Below the pieces are notes generated by a model that saw only the letters and a program-made list of their open reading frames with translations, was not told the origin of the DNA and ran no database searches. A program made the position numbers and the translations under genes. Positions 8,161 through 17,200 of a stretch of 44,830 nt of DNA are shown here, piece by piece. Location: assembly GCA_002422125.1 (NCBI GenBank), contig DITF01000020.1, positions 1-44,830 on the forward strand, in the 5' to 3' direction. How positions within the stretch are numbered: position 1 is the stretch's first letter; each line of letters opens with the position of its first letter. This DNA comes from a bacterium UBP17_UBA6191. GTDB lineage: Bacteria; Muiribacteriota; UBA6191.

Positions 8161-11100
8161 TTAGCATGGGAGTCTAATTTTTCGCAATAGAAGAAGGCAG
8201 GGCAACACAAAAAGGGTTAAAAAAGTGTCTGAGAAAACTCCTCCCACAACCACTAGAGCTAAAGGTCTTTGAATCTCTGCACCGATTCCCGTGCTGAATA
8301 CCATGGGAATAAATCCAAAAAAGGCCACCATTGCCGTCATTAACACTGGTCTGAGTCTTTCTCTTGAGGCCAAAACAATACTGGCACGAAGATTGTTTTT
8401 CCGGCGTTGATTCACTGTGCTAACCAGCACCAGGCCATTTAGCATAGAGACCCCACAAACAATTACAAAACCAATTCCTGCCGAAACAGAAAACGGAATC
8501 TCAAACCAATATAAGGCAATGATGCCCCCCATAGCCGCAAAGGGAGCCCCAGTCATGATCGCCATGGAGTCTGAAAATCGCCCTGTTGAGAGTTGTAATA
8601 GGAAAAAAATCAAGACTAGAACAAAAGAAATACTGATAAAAAGTGAAACCCGGGCACTCAAATAATGCTGGTATTGGCCTCCGAGCTTATAGTGCATGTT
8701 CTGGCTCCAGACATAGTTTTGATCCAGATGTTTTTTGGTATCTTCTACAAAACCCACTAAGTCCTGATGCCCTATATTGACCTGAACCACAACCCTGCGC
8801 CTTGCTTTTTCTCTTGTGATTAAAACGGGGCCTGTTTCCATAGAAATGGAAGCAATTTGGGATAATCTGACCCGCACTCCATTGGAATTTAACAAGATCA
8901 AATCGCCTAATTTTTCAGGATCCTGACGATCTTTTGTTTGTAGCCGAACCGCAATGGGATAACGCTTCTCCTCAACAAACATTTTGCTGATCTGATAACC
9001 CCCAATAGACTCTACGAGATTTAAAATATCCTTCCCGGTAAACCCGTAACGACCCATATTTTCGGGGATTCCCTTGATAATCACATAAGGGCCACCGGTT
9101 ATCTTTTCTGGAGTTACATCTTTAGCTCCAGGTAAAAGAGCCATGGAAGAAGCCACTTCTTCTGCTCTTCGTGCCAATTGATCAAGATCATCCCCATAAA
9201 TCATAATTCCCAAATCAGAACGAATTCCCGCCTCCATTTCGTTCATTCTCATCTCAATGGGCTGAGTCATTACAAATTTAGTTCCCAAAAAACTCTGTAA
9301 TTCGATGTTGATCAAATCCTGCAATTGGGTCTGATTTTTTGCCCTTTCCCATTTTTCCTGAGAGGATAGTTTAAGAAACACATCGGCCTGTTCCATGCCC
9401 ATTGGATCGGTTGCCAATTCGGCTGTGCCGATTCGCGTAGTTGCCGATAAAATCTCTTTAGGAAATCTCGTTAATAAAAATTTTTCCAAATCTTCGGCCT
9501 GATGCAAAGCTTCATTTAACGCAATCCCAGGTAGCCGCACCGTGGACAAAACTATGGAATGCTCCTCAAGTTTGGGTAAAAATCGCGCCCCTAAGCCAGA
9601 TGCTATAAAGCTCGTAGCCAAGCCTAGTAAAGCCACACACGCTAATACAGGGCCACAAAATCTCAGTGCCTTGGATAACATGCGCACAAAAACCAATTCA
9701 ACCCAACGCATCAAAGGTGGCTTATGGTTTTTTTCGTTTTTCTTTAAGAAGATGGCACAAAGGACAGGAACTACAAAAACCGACCATACAAAGGAGCCGA
9801 CAAGAGCAAGCATTACAGTGTAAGCCATTGGCCTAAACAATTTTCCTTCCGAACCACTCAAAAAGACAATGGGAAGGTAGGCCACAATTAAAATTATCTC
9901 CCCAAAAATGGTAGCCTGCCTCATCTCAAGACAAGCCGATAAAACAATCTTGGACTTTTCAAAATAAGTCTCAGCCTTTTTTAAGCGACGACTCACATTT
10001 TCAACTAAAATGACGCTGGAATCGACCACCAGACCAAAATCAATAGCCCCTAAAGACATTAGAGTGCCGGGAATTGCAAAGGCCCACATTCCACAAACTG
10101 CAAACAAAAGACTAAAAGGAATACTAAATGCAACAATCAGACCAGCCCTGATATCCTTCAAAAAAAGAAACAAAATAAGAACTACCAGCAAGGCGCCCCA
10201 AATCAGGTTTTTCCCCGCTGTTTTAAGCACAGAGTCCACAATGTTTTGTCGTGAATAAATTACTTCTGTTTCTACAGAAGCTGGTAATAGCTCTTTGGCT
10301 TCCTCAAGGCGCTTTTGTGCGGCCATACTTACAGAGCGACCATTTTCCCCAAAGCCCATAAAAACCAAGCCTAGAAGAACCTCTCCCTTACCATTTTGAG
10401 AAACGGCTCCACGGCGTAAGCTATGACCATCTAAAACATGGGCAATATCCTTTAACAATACAGGCAACCCCTGATGACTGCGAATCACTGTATTTTCAAT
10501 ATCCTCTAATTTCCTATACCTTGTATCTCCCTGCACCAGATGATATTCCCCAGAAAACTCAATTCCACCTCCACCACTAGCTCCCGTATGATCCCGAATT
10601 GCCGTAAATATCTCGCTTAACGGGATCTGATATTCCTCAATTTTTGACAAGTCCACCAAAATTTCAATCCTGCGAAGCTTGCCTCCCCAGGCATTCACTT
10701 CAGCAACTCCCGGCACTGATGCCAGTTCTGACTCCAAAACATATTGCTGTAAATCCAACAAGTCTTTCAAATCCAGAGTTTTGGACTTTAAGGTGTAATG
10801 AAAAACCTCCCCCATACCCGTAGCCGGGGGCCCAATCTGAGGCGGTATAATGCCTTCCTCTAACTCAATACCTGCAAGTTTTTCAAGTACAGCCTGCCTC
10901 GCATCCATAAGCGACACAGAATCATCAAAAATCAAAATGACTTGCCCAAAACCAAATCTGCCTATGGTGCGAATTTCATTGAGTCCTGAAGTTGTCAGCA
11001 AAACTCTCTCTAAGGGGCGCAAAATTTGTTCTTCAATTTCCACCGGAGATAATTCTGATGCCACAGAATTGACATGTACCATAACGGGGGTGGTATCTGG

Positions 11101-11214
11101 AAAAGCATCCAGAGGTAAACGAAATAAAATACTTCCCCCGGCTACTGCCAAAATCAAGGTCAATACAATCACAATTTCTTTGTGTTTTAAGGAAAGCTGC
11201 ATCAATTGAAACAT
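8161..11214 (-). CDS. CzcA-type heavy-metal efflux RND permease (pump 2)
   Basis: 1017 aa. The ATG at 11214 has AAGGTGAG upstream. TM4 reads AIDFGLVVDSSVILVEN, which is the DFG-x3-D-x2-x3-VEN signature of divalent-cation HME-RND pumps. Confidence 0.9.
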   Translation of the reverse strand: MFQLMQLSLKHKEIVIVLTLILAVAGGSILFRLPLDAFPDTTPVMVHVNSVASELSPVEIEEQILRPLERVLLTTSGLNEIRTIGRFGFGQVILIFDDSVSLMDARQAVLEKLAGIELEEGIIPPQIGPPATGMGEVFHYTLKSKTLDLKDLLDLQQYVLESELASVPGVAEVNAWGGKLRRIEILVDLSKIEEYQIPLSEIFTAIRDHTGASGGGGIEFSGEYHLVQGDTRYRKLEDIENTVIRSHQGLPVLLKDIAHVLDGHSLRRGAVSQNGKGEVLLGLVFMGFGENGRSVSMAAQKRLEEAKELLPASVETEVIYSRQNIVDSVLKTAGKNLIWGALLVVLILFLFLKDIRAGLIVAFSIPFSLLFAVCGMWAFAIPGTLMSLGAIDFGLVVDSSVILVENVSRRLKKAETYFEKSKIVLSACLEMRQATIFGEIILIVAYLPIVFLSGSEGKLFRPMAYTVMLALVGSFVWSVFVVPVLCAIFLKKNEKNHKPPLMRWVELVFVRMLSKALRFCGPVLACVALLGLATSFIASGLGARFLPKLEEHSIVLSTVRLPGIALNEALHQAEDLEKFLLTRFPKEILSATTRIGTAELATDPMGMEQADVFLKLSSQEKWERAKNQTQLQDLINIELQSFLGTKFVMTQPIEMRMNEMEAGIRSDLGIMIYGDDLDQLARRAEEVASSMALLPGAKDVTPEKITGGPYVIIKGIPENMGRYGFTGKDILNLVESIGGYQISKMFVEEKRYPIAVRLQTKDRQDPEKLGDLILLNSNGVRVRLSQIASISMETGPVLITREKARRRVVVQVNIGHQDLVGFVEDTKKHLDQNYVWSQNMHYKLGGQYQHYLSARVSLFISISFVLVLIFFLLQLSTGRFSDSMAIMTGAPFAAMGGIIALYWFEIPFSVSAGIGFVIVCGVSMLNGLVLVSTVNQRRKNNLRASIVLASRERLRPVLMTAMVAFFGFIPMVFSTGIGAEIQRPLALVVVGGVFSDTFLTLFVLPCLLLLRKIRLPC

Positions 11215-11226
11215 ATTGCACTCACC

Positions 11227-12483
11227 TTAAATCCCACAGCAGGCATCACCTATCTCAGCCTGCATTAAAATTGACTTTAAAAAATAACTACCTTTAGCCA
11301 CAATTTTACTGGTTGTCTGTAGGCCCGAAAGCACTATCTGACGGCCAGAAATTTTTTCTCCCAAGGCAACTTTACGGGGTTGAAAGCGATTTTGACCTAA
11401 AGACTCAAAAACCAGGTTGCAACACCCATCCCACTGCACGGCCTCTACTGGAACTAGTAGTGAAGATGAGATTTGCTTTTCCAATTCAACCTGGACATAT
11501 TCTCCTGCTCGAAACAATAAGGATTGGTTGTCGATCTCACCCAATATTGGAATTTGTCTGGTATGGGAATCAATCATGGCCGGAATAAAACGAATCTGCC
11601 CCTGAGATTCTCTCTCGTTGGAACGCACAAAAAAGATCTGATCTGGCTTAAAATGGGCTGCTTCATTCGCAAAAACCCATATTTTTGCTCTCAAACGATT
11701 TGGATCAACAATGGTTAAAAGAGATTGGCCCTCTTCGACATGGGAGCCTGGAATCAGGGAGATTTGCTGAACTGTACCTGAAATTTTGGCATGTATTTTC
11801 AGATTTAAATCCGTCGCCTCCATGTTTAAAAGTTTTTCGTAATCTTGAGAGGAATATCCAAACCAGGCCAACTGTTGCTCTGCAATATTGAGTGCCAGTT
11901 TTGCCTCAATTTCCCGATCCCTGATTTCCGAAAAGTCCCTTAGATTGCCCACCTGTGCTCCCAATAGGCTCTTTTCCCTTTCTCTGGAAGCCTCCCAAAG
12001 CTCATGCTTAGCCTTGGCCTCAAGCCATGCCATTCTAGCCTTTGCAAGCTCTTTACTTTCTGCTTCCAAAAGCAAGTCTCCCGCAGATACCCGTTGACCA
12101 GAAGTCACATAAAGATTTGTCACAGTCAGGGCTTCTTTAGCCGTAATTTCCTGTGATTTCTCCGGTAAAAACTCCAAATCCGCATTGCGTAAAACCAATT
12201 CGCCAACCGGATCCTGACCCACTGATTCAATCAAAAACCTGGAAGCATCCAAGACTTGATCAGAGCCCAAATCAATCATTGTATCTGCCCGACTGCAATC
12301 GGAATTTGGTGGTCTTTTGGAGCGTTGAGACGATTGATTCTTTGCCACTAGATCAGAGATTTTAGTGGCCACTTCTTGAGTGTTTTGGATTGGATTCGCT
12401 ACCTCTATTTTTTCATTCTGCCGCACAAAACGCACAGAATAAAAGACAAAAACGGCCATCAAGGCAGTCAAAAAAACACGCAT
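11227..12483 (-). CDS. Periplasmic adaptor (MFP 2) ending in a Cys-Cys tail
   Basis: 418 aa with an N-terminal anchor (MRVFLTALMAVFVFYSV). It has a coiled-coil hairpin and lipoyl/barrel-like regions typical of CzcB/HlyD-type adaptors. The C-terminus is ...AEIGDACCGI. AAGAGG lies 6 nt upstream of the ATG. Confidence 0.8.
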   Translation of the reverse strand: MRVFLTALMAVFVFYSVRFVRQNEKIEVANPIQNTQEVATKISDLVAKNQSSQRSKRPPNSDCSRADTMIDLGSDQVLDASRFLIESVGQDPVGELVLRNADLEFLPEKSQEITAKEALTVTNLYVTSGQRVSAGDLLLEAESKELAKARMAWLEAKAKHELWEASREREKSLLGAQVGNLRDFSEIRDREIEAKLALNIAEQQLAWFGYSSQDYEKLLNMEATDLNLKIHAKISGTVQQISLIPGSHVEEGQSLLTIVDPNRLRAKIWVFANEAAHFKPDQIFFVRSNERESQGQIRFIPAMIDSHTRQIPILGEIDNQSLLFRAGEYVQVELEKQISSSLLVPVEAVQWDGCCNLVFESLGQNRFQPRKVALGEKISGRQIVLSGLQTTSKIVAKGSYFLKSILMQAEIGDACCGI

Positions 12484-12500
12484 GTCTACCTCTTTTATTC

Positions 12501-12818
12501 TTAGTGGTTATGTCCATGTAAAAGACAGGTTGTGCATTGTGACTCAGGCACAGAATGCCCAGCACACCAATCTTTTTCCTGCTGATATGCTCGCTTTAAC
12601 TCTGGGCGACATAAAACGCATTGAGCCTCAGGAATATTATCGTGCTCTTTACAAAGGCCCATCTTTTGTATGAGCTGAGGATGGCAAAACGGGCAATTAG
12701 CCGTCTGATGAACCGCGCAGGGAGTTTGAGGAGAAGCTTTGGCTTCTGATTGAGGTAAAAACCAGGCAACGAGGCCTACAAAAACAATGACAACAATAGA
12801 AATAATATTTTTAGACAT
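12501..12818 (-). CDS. Secreted Cys/His-rich protein with three CxxH-x(4-7)-CxxC knuckles; putative periplasmic metallochaperone
   Basis: 105 aa with a signal/anchor (IISIVVIVFVGLVAWFL). Three motifs follow: CAVHQTANCPFC, CKEHDNIPEAQCVLC and CAGHSVPESQCTTC. The tail is HGHNH. It has its own stop and lies 17 nt upstream of MFP 2, which has its own SD. Confidence 0.6.
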   Translation of the reverse strand: MSKNIISIVVIVFVGLVAWFLPQSEAKASPQTPCAVHQTANCPFCHPQLIQKMGLCKEHDNIPEAQCVLCRPELKRAYQQEKDWCAGHSVPESQCTTCLLHGHNH

Positions 12819-12879
12819 AAAAAGGCTCCTTTTAAAAACAAATCAGGGATAAATTCTGAATGATGTATAAAAAAAGAGC

Positions 12880-13266
12880 CTAAACCAGGAGCCGGATGTG
12901 ATCCCACCCTACCTGTAAAATCAGGTAGGCCAAATCAGGAGAATAAGAATTCAAAGCCTTATTTTCCCCAAAAACAACTAAAGAAAAATATGCCGGGGGC
13001 TTAAAAAACGGCGGGAATACCAATAAGTCAAAGGAGCGCTTAGATTCAGCCTCTGTCCACATCGGAAGAGACAAACAATCTTCAGGAGAATCACAAAAGC
13101 GATCCTCGGAACAGGGCTCTGTGTGTACTCCATGGCAACATGAGCTTTGTTCTTTTTGCTCCAGACAACGCCACAACCCATCCCCAAAAACGGGAATAAA
13201 GGTAGTGCGCAGCAAAAGCAAAGCTACACAAAGAATGGTTATGCGTACCAAGAAAACAGCTCTCAT
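12880..13266 (-). CDS. Small Cys-rich signal-anchored protein, first gene of the pump-2 operon (CzcI-like position)
   Basis: 128 aa with an N-terminal hydrophobic segment. Then comes WRCLEQKEQSSCCHGVHTEPCSEDRFCDSPEDC (6 Cys), a Pro/Phe-rich hydrophobic segment, and the C-terminus HIRLLV. It has the same length, layout and C-terminal IRLL(V/I) as ORF 19504..19890. A TATAAT box lies 12 nt upstream of the ATG. Confidence 0.5.
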   Translation of the reverse strand: MRAVFLVRITILCVALLLLRTTFIPVFGDGLWRCLEQKEQSSCCHGVHTEPCSEDRFCDSPEDCLSLPMWTEAESKRSFDLLVFPPFFKPPAYFSLVVFGENKALNSYSPDLAYLILQVGWDHIRLLV

Positions 13267-13278
13267 TTTATGCTCATA

Positions 13279-13307
13279 ATTATACAGACCGAGTAACTAA
13301 ATTTACA
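13279..13307 (-). promoter_or_regulatory. Candidate promoter of the pump-2 operon
   Basis: On the minus strand, a perfect TATAAT (13284-13279) lies 12 nt upstream of the ATG at 13266. The -35 is weak (TGTAAA at a 17-nt spacing). Confidence 0.3.
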
Positions 13308-13354
13308 CAACTATCGACCTGGGTCATTTTGCCATAGTTAGTAAATCTCAAACT

Positions 13355-13708
13355 CTATAGAAACAGATCAATTCCAAACTGCCGAACGAAGAGGGCAAAA
13401 ACCCAAAAACATGCAATAGTGATCCCCATACTTGCAACCAGTGCCATCCAAAAGCCCATGCTCTTTAATATAACTGGAAAGATCAAAAACATGGGTAAAG
13501 TCGGCAGCACATACCAAAATGTATACCAAGCGTGATTGGCAATTTTCTCAGTAGGTTGGTTTTCAAGATTTAGCCAAACTAGAGTAAGAACCGTCACCAT
13601 CGGCAAGGCCACAATCATAGCCCCAAGCTTATCACTTCGTTTAGATATTTCCGAAGCGGCCACGATGACGGTGGCCGTGATCAGATATTTAATAATAACC
13701 CATTTCAT
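13355..13708 (-). CDS. DUF3147-like small four-TM membrane protein
   Basis: 117 aa with four hydrophobic helices. The pattern ...SKRSDKLGAMIVALPMVTVLTLVWL...TEKIANHAWYTFWYVLPTLPMF... matches my recollection of the DUF3147 family. It is the last gene of the pump-3 operon. Confidence 0.65.
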   Translation of the reverse strand: MKWVIIKYLITATVIVAASEISKRSDKLGAMIVALPMVTVLTLVWLNLENQPTEKIANHAWYTFWYVLPTLPMFLIFPVILKSMGFWMALVASMGITIACFWVFALFVRQFGIDLFL

Positions 13709-13713
13709 AATGT

Positions 13714-14208
13714 TTAGTGATCATGTCCATGGCCATCTCCATGGTCATGTCCCTGATCATGATATTCCAGTAGGTCTGGTTGAACTTCCAGACCAAAAAG
13801 CTCGGCCTTAAGTGGCAGATTGGCTGACCATTTTTTGGGATCCATCAGGAATCTTTTTTGCGAAACACTACCGGAAAAATAGACTTTTCGGCCCTCAAAG
13901 TCTGAAGACAATTCAGGTTTGATGGGTTTTCCGCTCACTGGATCCAATGGGTTGGGCACCAGATATTCCTCGGACTTATATGCAGAGTCGGGATGAGGCA
14001 GAACACTGATGAGACGGCCACAGCCATGATCAGGGGCACAGGCCGGGCAGACCTTTTTTTCTGGAAACGCCTGAGTCCATTCCACGCCCTCATGGTCGCA
14101 GACAAAGTACATCAAAGCCCCCCGAGCCTTTATGGGAGTATTTGTATCCATTCTGGGATTGGTAAAGCTTAAAGCTACCATGGTTAACATCACTACAATC
14201 TTGATCAT
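13714..14208 (-). CDS. Periplasmic metal-binding protein: HMBD-like Cys motif, Cys-less YHS-like segment and His-rich tail
   Basis: 164 aa with a signal peptide. YFVCDHEGVEWTQAFPEKKVCPACAPDHGCGRL is an HMBD-like variant. DPVSGKPIKPELSSDFEGRKVYFSGSVSQKRFLMDPKKW is YHS-like but lacks the Cys residues. The tail is YHDQGHDHGDGHGHDH. There is an ATGA overlap with the RND-3 stop (14205-14208). Confidence 0.65.
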   Translation of the reverse strand: MIKIVVMLTMVALSFTNPRMDTNTPIKARGALMYFVCDHEGVEWTQAFPEKKVCPACAPDHGCGRLISVLPHPDSAYKSEEYLVPNPLDPVSGKPIKPELSSDFEGRKVYFSGSVSQKRFLMDPKKWSANLPLKAELFGLEVQPDLLEYHDQGHDHGDGHGHDH

Positions 14209-17200
14209 TTTGTTTCTCCTTTATGAAACACCAGCCAGAGGGCTGGAACTACAATTACAGATAATATCGTTGAGGAAATCAGACCACCAAGAATTACGGC
14301 AGCCATGGGAGCCTGAATTTCATTTCCAGGTTTGTCCTGGGCCAGCACCAGAGGCAGTAGGCCAAGGGCTGTACTGATTGCCGTCATAAAAACTGGTAAC
14401 AGGCGTTCACGAGTGCCCTCCCATACAGCATCATAATGACTAAGACCTGAGGCCACCCCATCCCGAAATCGTTCTAGCAGTAATATTCCGTTCCGGGAAG
14501 CAATTCCCAAAAGGGTTAAAAAGCCAACAAGAGAGGCTAAGGACACAATACCACCTGAGTAATACACTCCAAAAGCCCCGCCAGCCAAACTAAGAGGCAG
14601 ACTTAATAGGGTTAGAAGGGCTAATCTTAGCGATCCTAGGGAAAGATGCAGAATCCAACCCACGATTAAGAGACTTAAAAAAGATGTAAAAAACATTTTT
14701 TGGGCGGCAATTTTTCTGGCCTCAAATTGCCCGCGAAGCTGCCAATGAATTCCCGCATCCGGCTTTAACTGCATTAGTGCGTCCTCAACCCTTTGAGCAG
14801 CTAAACCCAAGTCACTGCCAGATATATTTGCCATGACTAAAATCCGTCTTGAGCGATCTTCTCTTCCCACCCGATTGGGGCCGCGGTGCCAGTTTATATC
14901 CGCAAGTTCAGATAAGGTTGTAGCTCCCTTAGCCGTCACAATCGGGAAATTCTGAAGATCATTTGTTTGCCTACCTCCTTTTTCATAACGAACCACCACG
15001 GGAATTTTTAAGTTTCCCTGAAGCACCTGCGTGGTGGGAATACCATCAAACAGAAGCTCTGTATGCTCTGCCATATCGTGCGGGCTCAAACCGTAGCCAG
15101 CCAGACGGGACAAATGGGGAGTAATTCTTAATTCCGGCTGCTCTCCCTGCGATTCCAAGGCCACATCCACCAGATCAGGAATTGCTTCCAAGGTACCTTT
15201 AACCTTATTGGCAAAAGCATCCAGATGAATCAAATCCTCTCCAAATACAGCCACCACCAACATGGCCCTAGCCCCAGAGAGTATATGATCAATTCTATGC
15301 GAAATCGGCTGACCAATATTGAATACAGCCCCTGAAACAGACTGTAGACTATGGCGAATGGACTCAAGAATAGAATCTCGATTTTCATTTTTGAGATCTA
15401 AAACCACCTCAATCTCTGTCATGGTTTCGTCCACGGCATGGGCATCATCACTAGCCCGTCCCGTTCTTCTAGCCACCTGCAAAACCCCATCCAAACCCAA
15501 AAGCACAGATTCAGCCATGCGACCAAGACGATCCGACTCCTGAAGTGCAGTTCCCGGGATTGTGCTCATCTCAATGGTTAAAGCCCCCTCTCTAAATGGA
15601 GGTAAAAAGCTGGTTCCAAGATTGGCTATATAAACCACTGAAAAGATTGACAATAAAAGCCCAACAACCAACACTGGCACGGGAAATCTCATGGTTAGCG
15701 ATAGGGCTGGATCATGTAACCTTTGGACAACTCTAGCTGCTAGTGACATTGATTGAGCTTTGACCCTAAGTCCCAGACAATAGATAAAGGCCGGAGTCAG
15801 AAACAAGGCCACAAACAAGGAGGCAACCAAAGCAATGACATAAGAAAACCCCAGTGGCTGAAATAGCTTGCCCTCAATCCCTGATAAAAAAAACAAGGGT
15901 AGAAACACTACTACAATAATTGCCGTAGCATAAATGATGGAAGAGGCCACCTGAGATAGTGATTCTGATATCAATTCCCCTCGGCTCTTTTCTACCCCTC
16001 CCTCGTTTAATCGACGAACCGCGTTTTCTACAAAAACTATGGCATCATCCACCAAAGCCCCGATAGCAATTGTTAGGCCACCAAGAGTCATGGTGTTGAT
16101 GGAAACTCCCAAAAGACTAAGCATCAATAGAGCAGAAATCAAAGAAAGAGGCAGTGCCAGAAGACATATCAAGGAGGATCGAAAGGACTGGAGCCCTATG
16201 ACAACAATCAGCACCACTAAAAATGAACCCTCGGTCAGTGCCTGCTTTAAGCTGTCTAAAGCAGCCCGTATAAAATGTTCCTGACGAAATAAATCCGTGT
16301 GCAGTTTTAATCCTTCAGGAAGTTGAAGCTGAGCAAGGGACTTAGTAACAGCCTCTGAAACCTCGATCGTATTGGCCTGTGGTTGGCGGCCTACTGCCAA
16401 AATTATGGCCGGTTCTGTAGCCACAGAACCTAATCCAATCGGTCTAGTTTCAGCATAGGATACTTGAGCCAAATCCTTTAACCGTAACCCGTCTTTAATC
16501 CACAAGCTCTCAAAGTGGGTTACATTAGCACTACGACCAAGGGAACGAACCAAAAATGCCTGAGCCCCTTGCACCATATATCCGGCAGTGGCTGTTCCAT
16601 CAGCCTCCTTAATTTTTTCCATGACCTCATGGGCCTGAATCTGGTGGTGCTGAAGTTTTAAGGGATCAAGCTCCACCTGTATGGCTCTGTCTCCAGAACC
16701 TAAGGCTGTAATTTGCGATACTCCAGCGACAGCCAAAAGTCTTGGTCGCAAAATGGTGTCTGCAAACTGTCTGGCTCTGACCAAATCTTTATCCTCAGTA
16801 GTAATCCCCAGAAAAATAATCTCCCCCATGATGGAGCTAGGTGGGGTCATTAGAGGGGAATCCACACCATCGGGAAGGATTGAGGCAATGGTCTGAAGCC
16901 TTTCCATGACCTGTAATCGAGCCTCTTTTTCACTGATACTCCAATCAAATTCGGCCACTATCATAGAAAGCCCCACCCCACTGGCAGAACGCAGACGACG
17001 CAAATGGGACAATCCCTGCAAAGCTGTTTCTATGGGTAGGCTAACTTGTAATTCTACCGCCTCTGGCCCCATCTGGTGGGCTTCTGTCAGAATTGTGACC
17101 GAGGGAGAACTCAGCTCTGGAAGTACATCGACAGGCATTTTTAATACCATGAATAAGCCGGGACCCAATAGAGATAGGGCAATGATTAGCATCAGACCCC

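Noticed and set aside
12978-13187. 69-aa ORF nested in the Cys-rich leader gene
   Set aside because: It is out of frame within ORF 12880..13266. That ORF has the promoter-proximal ATG and a paralogue-like counterpart at 19504..19890.
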